Positions 11,401-25,499 of a stretch of 64,000 nucleotides of DNA are shown here, piece by piece. The notes below the pieces were generated by a model. It made no database searches. It saw only the letters and a program-made list of their open reading frames with translations, and was not told where the DNA came from. How positions within the stretch are numbered: the stretch's first letter is position 1; each line of letters opens with the position of its first letter. This DNA is from Raillietiella orientalis (lineage: Eukaryota). The stretch covers positions 6,076,001 to 6,140,000 of the forward strand of contig JAYWIR010000004.1 in the NCBI GenBank assembly GCA_036172245.1, given 5' to 3'. The translations under genes and the position numbers were made by a program.

Positions 11401-13899
11401 CAAAGCATCAGCTGTTAACCTCATCCTTAGGGTTGGCAAAGTGCAGACACCCCTTCGTTGCGTGGGCATACAAACTCTCCTTTTCCTCCCTTCTAGGGGG
11501 TGCCAGGCATTTCTTGAGCCAATTTCCGATCTTCAGCCCCTTTCCAAACGTGCCAAGTCTCTCAGAGAAGAAGAGGCGAGGAGAGGAAGAGGTTTCCATG
11601 GAGTCCAGCCTTTTCCGTGAAGAAAACTTTCCCCTCCCGCAATGTCGACCGCTTTGGACAGTGTCCCGAGCTTGATGGGATTCAATAGGAATGCTCCCAC
11701 ATCCGACGGTTTTCCAGGGGCATCGGAGCATCTGGCTCTGCTTTCCGGAAGATAGTGCTTGCGTGCACTGCCGGCCAAGATTCAGACAACCCATGGAACT
11801 TTTTTTTTTTAAAGAAAAAAACCTGAGCCTTTGATCTTGAACGTTCCTGAGCTCTCTCTTTTGCTATCAGGAAGAAAGAAAACGAAGCGGAAGTTTCTTT
11901 GGAGCAGGAAGTGCATCCGATTAAATGAAAAGACTTAGGAATCGTATTGGGGAACAGCAATGGCATTATGACGGCAAATTTTCGGCTCGCATCCGAAACT
12001 TCGCCCTGCCTGAGTGGTTCCAGGAACGCTGTGCCGCTCACTAATTATTCGGATGAGGATTTCTCACATTCCTTCAGGAGAAACCGACAGGGAATCATGC
12101 GAAAAGCAGGGACAAGGAAAGCGATTATTCCGGAAGGACGTTTCATGGGCAGTCGGGATTGATTTTCTCTGGTGATTGCTTTGATCCGAGTCAATGAAGC
12201 TCAAAGTTCATGACTGGAAGGTTGGGAGCTCTACGTCCCGAAGACGGAAAATCAACCGTCGTTAATCTCGAGGGAGAGACCGACATGAATGGCTCCGTTA
12301 TTCAAAGTGGAAAGGCTGCGCCTTGAATATCCGCAGGTTCCCTGGCAAGAAAACAGGGAAAAAAAAAAAAAAAAAGATGTCTTCTTCAGGAGCAGCAGAT
12401 GCGTCCTGCCGTGTGTCACGCACGGAAAGAAAGCTCCAGGAAAGTCCTTCCGATTATCTCCAGTCCTTTTGCTCTCAACAGACCACATCCTGCGCCTTCG
12501 GCGCACCGGCACGGTGCTGCCAAGTGGCACGACGCACTGAAAACATCCAGATGTTTGTCCGGTGAGGGTCGTGGGGCGAGCTTCGTCGTGGGACTCTTTC
12601 GAGAGCGGGGGACACTGGGAAGGCATGCTGTTTCTATCCGCCGATGGTGCTGCCGGTGCACAGGTCCAACGGGAAAGGTTGCACGGTGCACAGGTTCAAC
12701 GGGAAAGATCGTCCTTCCGGAGACGCCGTCTTCGCGGGCAGCAGGAGGCCGTTGAGTCCTGAGATGCATTGCAGAGAATGAGCACTCAAGATCTCCCCCT
12801 CCTGTGATATTTGTTGCAACGATCTCTGGAAGTGGTGATGCAGGACAAGGTGAAGTGGTCGACCCTGGCCGCCGCACCACGTGCCGCAGTGCTGTCTATC
12901 CTCAAGACAAGAAATGACAGTAGCCTACCGGAGAGGTGGGAGTTTTCCTGCACCATCGCGGGAAGAACAAAACTTGGTGTCTGGAAGGCGCTCGAGTTGG
13001 TGTATGCTGACACTCCGCATACTGTGACGACGAAACTCCTTCGGTGGGGAGAACTTTTGAGTGTTGCCCCCGAAGAACTTGTGATCCCCCCACTGTTTGA
13101 ACACTTCGTTGTTTCCACTCCCTTGGAAACAGGACGTGCTGCTGTTCATCCACTTGGGAATCCAGTGCAATGAGCGGCGCCACCGTGGTTTCAGGGGTTG
13201 CATTCCCAAATTGTGCCAGGAGCGCGTCGGCAGAGTCGATCCGGCCGCACCTGCTTTTGGACTAAGATGCCCTCCAGGAACTGTGGAGGAAGCTGGAATC
13301 AGCTCTCCTGCACCAGGGGACACTACCCGAGACGAACTGGGACGTTTCTTTGCTCCAGAGGACAATCGACAGGCACGGTGATTACAACCATGAGTTGCAT
13401 CCTCTCCATGGCCATGTCCCTCCACGTTCTGGAGACGACGACGCAGCGAAGGGAGGTCACCGAGTGGCAGCCGCCTACCTGAGGACGGCTGTAAGGTGGC
13501 CTCACCTTCAAGAAGAAGACAAGGAGGAAACCGCCGGCATTCAGCGCCGGTTTTGGAAGAACAGAATTATGGACACCGGTGATTCTCGTCCCTTGCCTCC
13601 CTTTGTTTATTTTTTTTATTTTTTTCCCTCATTCCACACCCATTTCGCTCCGTAACTTCTCCGGTTGCTTTTGTTTTCACCCCGGTGCATACGAAGCGAA
13701 CCCAAGAACATGTTCTTACCCTACAAATTTCTTTTTTTGTTGTTGTCCCTCCTTCCTTCTCCCCGTTCCGGACCTTCGGATATCCCGACCTGCGTGTTGG
13801 TGGACCCTCTCTTTTAACCATCTGCCGTCCTCGGCTCGGAACCACATTCTTAACAGGTTTATTTTTATAAAATAAACAATTCGGTGTGACCGGGTGAAA
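11400..13899 (+). mobile_element. L1/Tx1-clade LINE 3' part, family A copy 2
   Basis: Homologous to 2120-3142 (GAAGTGGTGATGCAGGAC...; zinc finger AESIRPHLLLD..LQELWRKL; 3' UTR; AATAAA plus terminal motif). Weak RT remnants upstream, so the 5' boundary is uncertain. Confidence 0.68.
12655..12713. repeat. 30-bp tandem duplication
   Basis: GGTGCACAGGTYCAACGGGAAAG occurs twice with period 30. Confidence 0.85.
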
Positions 13900-14949
13900 A
13901 ATACCTCTTGGAGGGCAGTAGCCAAGGAGAGTTGCGCTTGGCGGAGAAGGAGGAGCTGGAATCCTGGCGCTCGTCTAGCAGGAAGAGTAGTAGTAGGGAG
14001 ATTCCACTGTTGAAGGATAGTCTTTCACGGGAACATCGGAAACCGTCTCTTTTTTCTCTTCCTGAGTTGCATCACGACATCTGTGCGAGGCGGATTTCTC
14101 AAGAGATGCAGAGCTGCTGTACCAAGTCACCAACGACGAGCGAAGGGATTTCTGAACAGGCAAAGAGTCTGCAGACTGAGACCTGGGTTGTCTGGGAGAT
14201 AGTTCTCCCAGAAAACGCTGATGCTCTTCCATCCTCAGAAACGCCGCAAGGAAGAGATATCCCGAGCCTGATGCGCTGTTGGTCGTAGGGGTGGAAGCAG
14301 GAACAGGTGGTTTTGGGGGAGAGGCTTGAAAAAGGTCGCAATGACCCAAAACAAGCGGTAACTGATGATGAGTACATGCAGGATGCAGGTGTCAGGGGTG
14401 TCCCTCCACATGATGGGGAGATCTTTTAGACAGCGAGTCTGCTTCTTTCCAGGAGGTCATTTTCGCCTTTTAGGTGAAAAGACAGGAGCTGGAACCGAGT
14501 GACTCCTGACCCAACATCTGCCAACGCCTTTTTCAAGGCTAGAAAGCGCGATGAAGTGCTCAGCTTGAATGGCCCACGGCGCTCATTTCCTCCCAAAGAG
14601 CTCCTCTGCGCGTTGAGGTGGGGTCGATTGGGCGAGAGCTCTGAGTAGCTGTTCCTCGAGGAACATTCCGGTTCGTCAGGGAGCGGAATTGGTCCTGAGA
14701 CGTTTCGGAAAGACTCGTCGAGGAAGGGTCGGGTGCAGAGCTGTGGGAGACCTTCGCAGGCTCCGGGGAAATTGCTAATCCCAGGCGTGAGCGAACTGCA
14801 TGTTGCTCCGGAGGTGGTCAGCTGCAGTGTTTCCTGACCCTAGGATTTTTGGTGGAGGCTCGCGCTCTGCTCGGGTAGGCGGCAGGTCGGCGAAGACATC
14901 AGTGTGCTCTGGGAAGGAGTTGACGATCCATGGCAATCCAGAAGACTAG

Positions 14950-15420
14950 TCTGTCCTTTGAGAAGGGGAGGATAAAGGATAGAGGGGAACTTTTGAACTA
15001 GCAATAATCACACTTCGCTTTCCCTCTTCGGCTATGATATTGCTCATGCTCAAAGATAGATGAGGAGTGGAGTGGAGGCGTGTAATAGGGGTGACTAGGC
15101 AACATGGCCGTCTCTTGGGTTTTCCCCCTCCTCCAGCTTCTCTTCCCTGCGCGTGACGCAAGCGCACTCGGCGGCTCCTTTCTGCAGGTCGATCCCTCAG
15201 GAGCATCAGGAGGCTAACCAGGGTGGCGTTTCCCCAAAGCTTCCGCTGTCGCTGGGGTCTTCGTCCCTTCTCTGGGAATGACAGGTGGGGGAGCTTGCGT
15301 TCCGTGTTCCGAGTAGGGCTCTCTGCTGAGCTGATTCGGTTCAGTACGGGATCAAAAGCAGCTACCGCAAGTAGGAGTCACATGGGGAGATCTTCACGAA
15401 GACCTCGGTCTTCTTGAAGG
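14950..15420 (-). mobile_element. Decayed non-LTR RT fragment related to 10650-11400
   Basis: HAQGREAG (GxRQG-like) followed by SVIIASSKVPL (YADD-region-like). Shares a 16-nt exact block with ~10858. Confidence 0.3.
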
Positions 15421-15479
15421 AGTAAGGCCGTGTTTTCCCTTTTTGCTGCCAGAGGGTTCTCAATCTTTAAAGAAAGAAA

Positions 15480-18100
15480 TCATCAGGAGAAAAGAACACC
15501 TGTCCCTAGCAGCGCCCTCCAGTCGTGAAGAACGAATAGACAAAAAAGAAAAAGAAATAGAAACGGAGGGAAGGATTCCGATGCATTTCTTTAAAATAAC
15601 TCGCTCTGAATTGGTTCCCTCTTCCCCTAAGGACTCGCTCTGATGCCCCCTACTCCTGAGGGAAGGGAAGATGGCCGAAGAGGGAGAAAACGTGGAAGCA
15701 CCTCCTGACCCAAGGAGGTTCAGAGGAATCCACTCCTCCTTTTCGGGAAGAGGTTCAGTCGAGAGCGCGAGGGGCACTCTCGAGTGGCTCGGTCGCTCTG
15801 CTTCCTCGGAACCATGAAAGCCGGCACCGGGAACAGGGAGAGGTGGACCGTTGCCAATCCTTGAAGATCCCCATGCATTCCCCGTTGCTCTTCCTGGAGG
15901 AGAGCAGAGCGGAGAGACGGTCTGCTGGAAGTCTCGCCGAGGATCCTCGGGAGCGGAGATACCTGGGGAGGAAGACCTTCAGGAAAGGGAAGGCTGCAGG
16001 AAACCTACTCTTGCCAGGACGGGGCTGATTCCAGAATAGGGTGTGATGAGAAGCCGTCCTGGCGTTAAAGGTTGCTCCCGGTCTGGGCCAGAGAAACCTG
16101 CCGTAGGAGATCTCTGAGAGATCAAAGCGCGGTCAGAAGACAGGTCGCAGAACCCCTGTGGTATTCTTCCTCCGTGGGGGCAGTGGCTCGTTCCCTTCTT
16201 TTTCTCTCGTGCTCCTTCCCGTCAGGTTCTGTCAGGAACATCAGAGAAGAGACCACGCAAGACGGAAATCTCCCCTCCCCACAGAAATAGGGGGGAGATC
16301 CCGAGAAGTCCCCCAGGATGAAGGGGAAGGACTTCTCCCAGACCATCGCCACCACCACGTACATCCCGGGTGCCCTACGGTGCTCTGTTCCTTCCTCCGG
16401 ATGGACGAGCGGCTCGGAGGCGGCTACAGGAGTTCCGGGGCGGTGCCCCTGCAGCAGGATGCATCGCGGCGCACTCCGCTGTAGGGAAGGCTTCAGAGCT
16501 TCTCCACTTTCGGAGCTAACCCCGGTCCGAATTTTTCTCTCCGAGACGCGGGAATCACCCCACTTCCACCTCTCGGGAATCGGCGCTCCCTCCCATCGAT
16601 CTTTTCCTGGAGCGGAAAATCTTTCGGGGGAGAGAGAGGAGAGAGCAGCAGCACCGCGTCTGAGATCCCCGTGTTCCTCCCGTGGAACATTTTTCGGGAG
16701 CGACCGCCCCATCAATAATGCACGCCAGGATTCCGGGTCATAAAAATTTCATTAACGGGCTGCGCGCCCCGCGGCCGGGATGGAAAAAAAAGGAGGGAGG
16801 GAGCTCGCGTGATTAAAAATGCAGAGACGGCCCGCTGCAGCTGCTCCGGACGCCCGACTTCCTCCCTCTCCTAGAGGGGGGGAGGGACCCTCTCCCCCCC
16901 TTCCTGGAGACCCCTCTGAGCTCCCGGGCAGGAAGGCCCCTCGATTGGGACACTCGCGCCTGCGCGGGGACGCCGGAAGAGGAGGGGGAAGGGAAAAACA
17001 AGGGGACTCTCGAGGGAACGCGGGCCCGTCTCTCACGTCCCGAATTCCCCCTCTCCACACACCCCTCCCCACTTCCACGTGCCACCGTCTCCCGAGGACG
17101 GACGGGGTCGGAATGCACTTCCCGGCGGGAGCTCCAGATAACGCACGCGTGCTTAGAGTGGACTTGTTTCCGGGAGTCTCCTGTCCCTCGCAGAGGTGCC
17201 GCGTGCGCGAGTGTCTCCAGATGGGGCGCGGCTTGGGAATTGCTCCTTCCCCTGCTGCAGCTTGGAAGGGGCCAAGCCCACGCTGCCCTTCCACCTGGTC
17301 CGGACCAGGAGGTGCTCCTCTAGAGAGAGACTGCTGACCAAGGCGTCTTTCCAGGAATGTGGGGGAGCATCCTGCCCTCCTCCTCACCGTCGTTCCCCTC
17401 TTCCCATTTCTCCGAGATGGAAAAATTCCCGAGTTCCCCCGCAGTGGTCAACCCGACCAAAAATTCCCGGTCCCCCGCAGGGGTGACTACCTCATTCCCT
17501 GATGATTCGGGGTCCCAGTCTTCCTGATCCCTGGCAGACAAACGCTCCCTCTGGCCTCGGGAGAGGGATGAGGAAAGGGGACAACAGAAGGCGAGGGTGA
17601 GCACCATTTCCAGAGAATTGCCGAAATCCCTTTCCGGTCCGATTCCTGTCTCCCTCTCTCCCCTCAGGGGGGGGGAACATCGTCTCGGTCCGATCAGGAC
17701 GGCTGGGAGATGTTTCCTCCGCCTATGCCGTGCGTTTCTCGGGAGATCGAGTGGATGCCTCCCGTTGTGCTCTCGGTCCAGAAAGCGACCGGACTCGTAA
17801 AACCCAGACGAGCGAGGGCGGGAGAAAAGCACGAAGACCAGAATGCGGGGCGTCCCAGGGGAAAGAACTGAGCAGGTTGCCCAGTGATCTGATGATCCCA
17901 AGAGGTCATCAAGAGGACGCTCGCGGAAGGACCTCGTTGAGAGACCTCCCCACTTTTGATACGCACCTGCGTGAGGAAGCGGGCGGGACGCGAAAACTGA
18001 TGCTTCCAGCATCCCCGTGGAAGCTACTGACATGCAAGTGGGTTCCCCGCAAACGCGCACCCTGGGGGCTCCTCCCGGGCTGTCATCGAGGAGCGCTCCT
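15480..18100 (-). mobile_element. L1/Tx1-clade LINE ORF2 (RT to zf-RVT) and 3' UTR
   Basis: Minus-strand motifs in order: EPTCMSV..LEASVFASR (RPIxL..LAxRL), LARLGF...FW, GPRRCSPPL (GxRQGCPL), GEGRFPSC...EEYH...C. A-rich on the + strand (T-rich UTR on minus) at 15535-15600. Confidence 0.5.
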
Positions 18101-19072
18101 ACGGGATTCTTCTTGGCAGAGACCAGAGGCAGTGCGTCTTCCCTTGCCCCGAGGGCATCTCGGAGAAACTCGGCTCTCCAGACAGGATTACGCTTCAGCA
18201 GCGAAGAGAAGGGGATTCCGAAAGCATTCCGTGGGAAGACGCGACGGGAGAAGACGGGAAGAGATCGCGTCCCCTAGGGACGAGATCGCTTCCTGCCGCT
18301 GCCTACAGGATAAAAGAACGACGGAGAGTTCCGACAAATCTTCCTTCCCGGGAAGGAGGCGAGGAATGGAGCCCTCCCGGATGAGCTGCGATGCCTCGGC
18401 ATCTCCAAATTTGGCAGCGGTGTTCGCCTGACTCCGGGTTGTGCTTTTCGCCTGCAGCGTCGCACATGGCAACGGGAACGAACTTACTCGCTCCTCGGGG
18501 AATCTCCTGCAGCGAAGACCTCCCGGCACTCGATGGCCAAACTAGGAGCTTTGCTTTTGGCTCTCGGGATAGACCTGAAACGTGCTGCAGGTCACCACTC
18601 CTGGAGACTGGAGAGCGAAGAGAGGAACCGGCTGCTGCCAATGCCCTCAGGGGACGCGCGCCACCGCTGTTTCCACAGTAGTGAGTGCTCCGTCTGCCAT
18701 CATCCCCAGCGGAGAGATGCGCCAAGGATGCAACCCAACAGCAGACGGCTTTCCCAAGGACTTAAAGGCGGGAAGGAGTTCCCTCGTCTCTCCCTCTTCG
18801 TCTTCTTCCTCGACTCCGGAGGAGCTGTGCCGCATCTCCCCGGGAATCTCGTGTCGTTTGCCTCAACCATGCACGCAGAAGCATTCCACAGCGTCCAAGT
18901 CGGTCGCGAGGTCACCACCTTGGACGTGAAACTTCTTCCTCTGCGCAGGGAACTGCGGAGAGGCTGTCCCACGTCCACCCAGGGGTGAACATGTAGCGGT
19001 AACTCTGATAATTCTGACGCGCTCACGAAAATCCACTTCCACCTCTCTCTCATCCTGAAAGATTCATCTCTC

Positions 19073-19920
19073 TCATCTGCGATGCTGAAGGTCAGCAGGG
19101 AGGGTGAAAAGAACGGGAAGCGGAGATGATCTTAAAATCCTTTGGAAGGCTTCCAGCCTCAGCTGCTGACACCCGAAACTGCAAGGCAGGTTGCCAATGG
19201 AAGAAGTGAGCAGGACGACATTTCGTGCATCTTTGCAGGCAGCTATCTGGAGAGAGTCTGCGTTCATCCAAAAGGTGGAGATCCCATTCAGCCCTTGGCA
19301 GCTCAGAGTCACTGAGAAGAGGTCCTCCATGGCTGATTATTCCCAGGAAAATTCCCTCGAGCTGAGGGAAGTTTTCGTTTCGATCCTTCTTTAGATTGCC
19401 CAATCTCGGCTCCAGGAGCAAGTCTTCTTCCAAGGTGGCGTCTCCTCCTCGCGTCCGACCGCTATCCCAGAGTAGCAAGCCGCTCTGAATTCCGCAGCTT
19501 GTGGAGAGTCCAGGAGCGAGAGAAAGAGTCGACATCCCGATTTCTGGTATCCGGTTTCCGTATAAGGCTCAGGTACCTTACAGTGAGGAAAGCATTTGTG
19601 AGTCCAGAATCAGCAAAAATCCCTCGAACCTCTTTTACAACATCTCCACCGCACACGGAAAACAAACTCCCGTCGGAGTCGAACGTCCCTGCGCAAACGC
19701 TTTCTCTTGTCCTTTTTTGATGCTGCATGAGTTTTTCAGCAATCCCTGTGGCTGAAAGAAAATGCCACTCACTCAGTCTCCGTGAGATACCTCTGAAAAT
19801 GCAGCGACAAATCGTCTCATCTGCACAAAGTCTACCTTGAGAGAGGAAGTCTTCCTCGGACCTTCTGTTCTCTTGGAACGCTTTGATACAACTGTCTAGA
19901 GATCCTCCCTGGTAAGCCAC
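19073..19920 (-). pseudogene. Decayed coding-like segment, possibly LRR-containing
   Basis: Protein-like composition with LRR-like phrases (LEEDLLLEPRLGNL..FPQLEGIFL; LTVRYLSL) in shifting frames. Family not identified. Confidence 0.2.
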
Positions 19921-22900
19921 GTGTCAGGAAGTCTCTGCCTTCTACGGGAAACTGAAATGCCTCCGTTGGCCACTCCGACTTTTCGTCAGAGATGCCTCTG
20001 GATCCTCAACGTTGCTCATTAATTCATTTTCCGTCTGGTTTCTGGAAGTGAGGCTGAAGAGGAACTCTTAGTCAGTGGCTCATAAGTGAAAGCTGCTTGC
20101 TTCTCTCCTGAGAGGAGAGGCTTCCAAGTGGATTCTTTGATCTTAGGAATGGAAACCAAAACCAGCAAGGCCCAAGAACGAAACTATTTCGAGGGCTTGC
20201 GTCCACGTCTGAAAGCCCACAGCAAGTCTCTCAGGATGCGACAGATCGCGGCCCATAAGAAGGATAGAAAGGTGGGGCTAAGCATTCATCCACTTTCAGA
20301 GAATAGAACCGTGTCTGACCCCCCCTCCCTTTCCACCCATTTAAGCCTCAATTTTTCTAGCAGAGTTAGCCTTTGATCTAGAAAACACTCAAGTCTCATA
20401 ATTTGCACTCTCGATCCAGTGACTCCATTATCCCAAGCAGGCTCTTAGGCCAATCCCCAAAGTGGACTCCAAGGGAATTTTTTCTTTCTAGGAAAAGAAA
20501 CTTTTTCACTTCAGAAAAGGCTTTTCCATACCGAATTCAAATCTAAGAGGTTTTTAGGTTAAGGTCCTTAGGCTTGAGTTCTCATCTTGGGTTTCTATGG
20601 AGATTCAGTCATTCCTTCTTGAGAAGGTACAAATTTCGAGTTCGCAACAACTTCAATCAAATTTGAAAGTCGAGTTTTCTAGCGGTCCAATCTTGAGCGT
20701 ATTTTCTGCGAAAAAGATGTCTTTTGGAAACTGTCTGTCATAAAAGTTGGTGGTCTAAGAACTTGGCCATGTCGTGAAGGCAGTTCTACTTTGCGTTATT
20801 TCGTCTCTTTTTAATGCCTGTAGCTTGAAGACAGTTTCAGAACTTCTAATGTCCTCCTATTAAACACACTATTGTGCATTTCATATTGGCATTTGTTCTT
20901 GGAAATGGATTCAGGAGAATTTTAAAATACGCCTCTAGCTTGGTGCATTCTGAAGTAACAGCATCTGTTTCTCCAGAGAGTTAAACAGCCATCCAAATTA
21001 ATGGTCCCTCTCTGGGTACCAGCACTGCAACCGTATTTCGAGCAGATGAATCGTTTTTCATGTTTTTTGAGAATATTAATGTTGGACTTCTAAAACAATC
21101 TCTCTGAAGCTTCGTCGTTAAGAAAAATGGGAAAGAACATTTCCGTCGAGAATGCGGAGTCCTTTGCACCTCTAAGTGATGTTGGCCTTCTGGGTCTGTC
21201 ACTTGTTGCCCGTTGTTTTCTTTATTTCTGCTTCGAGGACTACGATCTAAAGAAATTCCAGCTTTCTTTTCTGGAAAAGTGGAACAGTATCAAGTTAAAC
21301 TGCAAGGACCCTCTTGGAGAGCAAACTTCACGTGGGGAGTGCTACTGAATGATGAGAAATCAGTTCGCTTCTTCCTTGGTTGGTTATTGTTCCACAGAGG
21401 CATTAGTGCCTCTGTTTGGGGTCGCTGAAAATTCTCCATTAAATGCGTATTCTTTTCTCATCTGTAAAAAAAACTCAAGGCTCGCAAAGTCGTCCCCAAA
21501 GCTATGCAATGGGACATGACAGTTGTCAGGCACCACGAAATGAAAATTTGTTCACGAGTGGTAATAAGCGTTACATTTTTCTTGCCGCAATATTCCCACA
21601 GAAGCGTGAGAATATGAACCGAATTTTTCCAATTCTTTTAGCACGCATATACCGGAATCTCTTGTTTCAGTGTTTGAGCATTGCTTTTTCGCACATGGAA
21701 GAGAAGATGCTGACCTGCAGGATGAAGAAAGGAAGGTTTGAGCATGACTTCACGCGACCTTCCAATAACTCCCAGTATCCTTCTTTCCAGAATCCCAGTT
21801 GGTTCTCTTCAGTCTGAGACACTTTTATTAGTCTTTCCACTTTCCCACTTCATCCTTATTTTCCGTCCCTTTGCTAGGTGCCCATCTCTGGATGGAATCT
21901 CAGAAGGATCCATTCCGTTTTCAGAAATTTATTTTTCTCATTTGTACACGTCTGATTCCCATCTGCTTATCATTTAGGCAAATAACAACTGAATTTCAAG
22001 AGAGTGCACCGGAGAGACCATTCTTAGTTTGAAGATATCATGAAAAATTTCCTTAATGCTTCTAACCGCCTACTTTTTTGTTCTGCCCATGAATTCCTAA
22101 TACTAGCGTCTTTTCCAATTTAAGTCTTCATCTTCAAGAACGCCGCTATCTTAACGAACAGTCACACATGACATTGGTGGTTATGAATACATGCCCATGA
22201 TGTATTGGCGTTTGGTCGCTGGCAATGCCTTTTTAGAAGGCAGTTTCTGATGCGTTATCTTATCCGCCCTGCTTACACTCCCCCTCAGACTTGATTCGCG
22301 AAGCTCCGGGTAAAACCTACGTTTCTCGCGGAAGGCCTAATAGATTCATTTGATCTCACTTCTGGTCTCTTGTTGCAGAGTCTTTACGTCTTAAAAGGGA
22401 TTCCGAGGGGCATTTCGATCATATCTCTACGTGCTCACCCTGCAAAATCAGCCAGGCTGTTGATTTGCTCCAATGCTCCGACCTCAGAAACTTTTTTCTA
22501 GTCTCAGAACAGATATGTCCACTGGGATCCCGAAACCTTGCGATCGATTCCTGCATTCGCACTAAAACAGGCGACTCAACCCGTTCGATTCAATGAAAAT
22601 CTGCAGGATCTGAACATAAAATGAGCGCAAATTGAATGAAAGTGAGGTCGTTCACTCGATCATGAGGAACCGAATTTCTCGACGCATTCTACATCAAGAA
22701 ATTTGAAAACGCCTGACTCAGATATGAAAGACTGCAAATGGGCTTGTCCTGGAGATACATACCCTCTTCAGGAAGGGTCTTATCCAACATGCATACCCAT
22801 CTGAAGAAAACAGACCACATTGGAAGGTTGTCAGCCAATATGTTTGCAGTATCGAATGAAAAAGCAGTGGGCTATAATTTGGTGGATCTTTTTTTTTTCT

Positions 22901-24279
22901 TCCAGGACTTTTTTATGAGTTGCATCTGTCAAGATTATGGAATGCTTTAATGGCAGAGTAAGATGTAAATGTTTTCTGCATGATTATGGAATCCCAAAGG
23001 CTTGAAGAGTCTTTCTTTTTTTTTTTTTTTTTTATAAATCTACTTGAGTCAAAGGCTTGTTTCCCACTGCCATCACCAGTGAAAGACAAGAACGATCTCT
23101 GCATCAGCTAAAATAGCCATTCCATGATCATTTAACGATTGAGAACTAGGTGTTCAACCCAGTCACTTTCTCATCAAGAACAGAATGGGCGTCTTTTCGA
23201 TGTCTTCCCCACACGAGACACTGATGAGTGTGATACTGATGGATACTGAGACACTGATAAATACGAGCGAGTGTGAAATTCTTACAAGGAAGAAGAGGGG
23301 GTTTAGATACCGACAATCCCCAAACAGCATCTACAGAGCGTATTGTGACTTCACAAGTCACCTGCTTCGCCCTTTGAAAAAAAAAACTCCTTGGCCCCTT
23401 TTCTATACAAGAACTGTGCCTTTTCGAACCGAAACAAGCACCATGGAAATGTTTGAGCCGCCTCGTGATGTCTCACGCACCTCGTGGACAACTGCACTGC
23501 AACTGCACTGTTCTCAAATCTTTATCGATCATTGAAAGCACAGCCTCGCTTCTCATCTTGTGCCAGCAGGATGATTGCTCTGCTACGGTTTTCCAGCTTC
23601 CATGTTCCGCAGAGCGTGAGTGAATTCGCTATTGTGCTCTTTCACATACAATTATTGACTCCTGTTCAATCTCTCCTGATCCTTTCGGCGCTGCCATCGA
23701 TTTTCTATTCATTGATTCCGAACTCACGTTTTGCTCGCTGGTTTCACAGGATATTGCCAAGGAGCATTGTCGATTGAACGGTCATTTGTTCCTGCTTTCC
23801 TCAATTTCCTGTGAGTTCTCTCTTCGATGAGTCTCTTTTCTTCCTTTTTCGTCTCGCGAGCTCACCGATTCCTCGCAGAGCGTTTCCTTGCAAAAGCGCC
23901 ACTCGTTCTTTCCCCGAGCATCCTCGCAACACCGACGACTGCAACGACTGCGGTGTGCAGCCGAAGGCATCGTTTCTGGAGTGTGAATAGCGACCTTCAA
24001 CTGCGAGTTGGACCACCCTCTCCGGAACAGCGGGTGCTTTTCCTCTTGGGGAAGAGAAACGAGGCTTTCGCCTTTTACCCCGCACAATGGATGGATTGCT
24101 GTGAAGAAGGGATGAAACGAGTTCTTCCGCCAACTTCAGAGATGGTATCCTCTGGAAGAGGGGAAGGAGAGGGGAGTGTGTAAGGAGACGAAACGATTCA
24201 GTTGATTATCCAAGGAAGGTAATCTATTGTGTGTGCCTGGGTCAGTAGAAAAAACTGCTAAGCAATGCTTCAGTCTCGA

Positions 24280-25400
24280 AAGTCTCTTTGCCCTCCACCT
24301 AGCCTTCTGGTGACGTCATCACCAGAGATTCGGCAGGTACTACATTGTGTCTAAGAGGCCATCGGGCGTTCCCAGGAGCATTCGAATCCGTAGCCACTCT
24401 GCTGATGAACCCTCTGCACTAATGGCCTTTGACTATCGTAGAGCTTTCAGTGGGGCGCAAAAGCTCGAGGCTCATCAAGCTCCTTGAGTTTCCTGTTTGG
24501 TAAAGGCAAGCCTTCGGGCTTCGAGAGGATGCCTGCAACACGCTCATCTTTAGCCAGACATTTCTTGAGCATCGGCAAGAGATGTTAATGAAAGGAACGA
24601 AATCCCACCGGCAGCATCTGTTGTCTCGGAAGGTGGTGGCCGCGTTGCTATGGAAGATGACCTCACGAACATGAAAGGAGATGCAGATCAAACCGAAAAC
24701 AGTGCAACCGAAAAATAAGCGCAAGACCGGCAGTGGTTCACGACTTTGCCAAATTGACCTGCCCCTAAGCTGGCAGTCCCGTAAAGCTGTCATGAGGAAG
24801 CTCTCGGAGAGGGGGTGTTCCGAGGTGAAGTACAAGAAAACGGTGGCTCCTGCAAGTCTCCAAGCAACTATCTCTTCCTTCCCACTGGTGCTTTTCAGTG
24901 GCTCTCCGGGACAGCATCGTCCATGGACCTCCTGGAGAACCAACCTGACCTTCGCCTGGAACCTCCTTCTCCCTCGCCCTCATAATGAAGATGTAGGCGT
25001 CAGAATCCTGATAAGGCGGCACTGGTGGAAGCCGGAAACCAGATGCCTCCGTTGACTGGACGAAATTGGAAGTTGACCCTCCGGGGTACTTCCAGGGAGC
25101 AAGAATCCGGTTCCCTTCGGGGTTTCTTTCTGGTTGCGAAGATAAAACCGTCCCCTCCTTCCCCCTCGGGAGAGGACCCTCCATCACGTTGATATCCCAC
25201 TCGAGGGGATGCCTCTTCCGAGTGCAAGAAGCGCACTGCTCCCTCCGGGGAGCGCCCTTCAGGGTTCTCTTCGGAGGAGGAAACAGGGAGCGGTTCCCTT
25301 GCGGTTTCCCTCCGGAGAAGAAATTCAAGAGCGGTACCTAGCGGAGGAGCTTTCCCGAGACAACCAGAAGGCTGCTTCAGCAGGCACAGAAGACACTTCC
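24280..25400 (+). mobile_element. L1/Tx1-clade LINE ORF2 fragment, family B
   Basis: FSGAQK (SGxKxN), IKLLEF (KxLG), ALLW, VDWTK/WKLT and GC..ECKKR..EET motifs. Homologous to 3590-3780 and 53970-54190. Confidence 0.55.
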
Positions 25401-25499
25401 TGAGCCTTTTGGTCGAGCTGGTGGTTTCTCGAAGGAGCTGCTATCACACGAATCTTCCTTTCCCCATGTTGGCAAGCATCCTCCTGAGAGCTCTCGTGC

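Noticed and set aside
23218..23280. CTGATGAG hammerhead core candidate
   Set aside because: Part of a degenerate GATACTGA repeat. No stem II/GAAA/stem III geometry.
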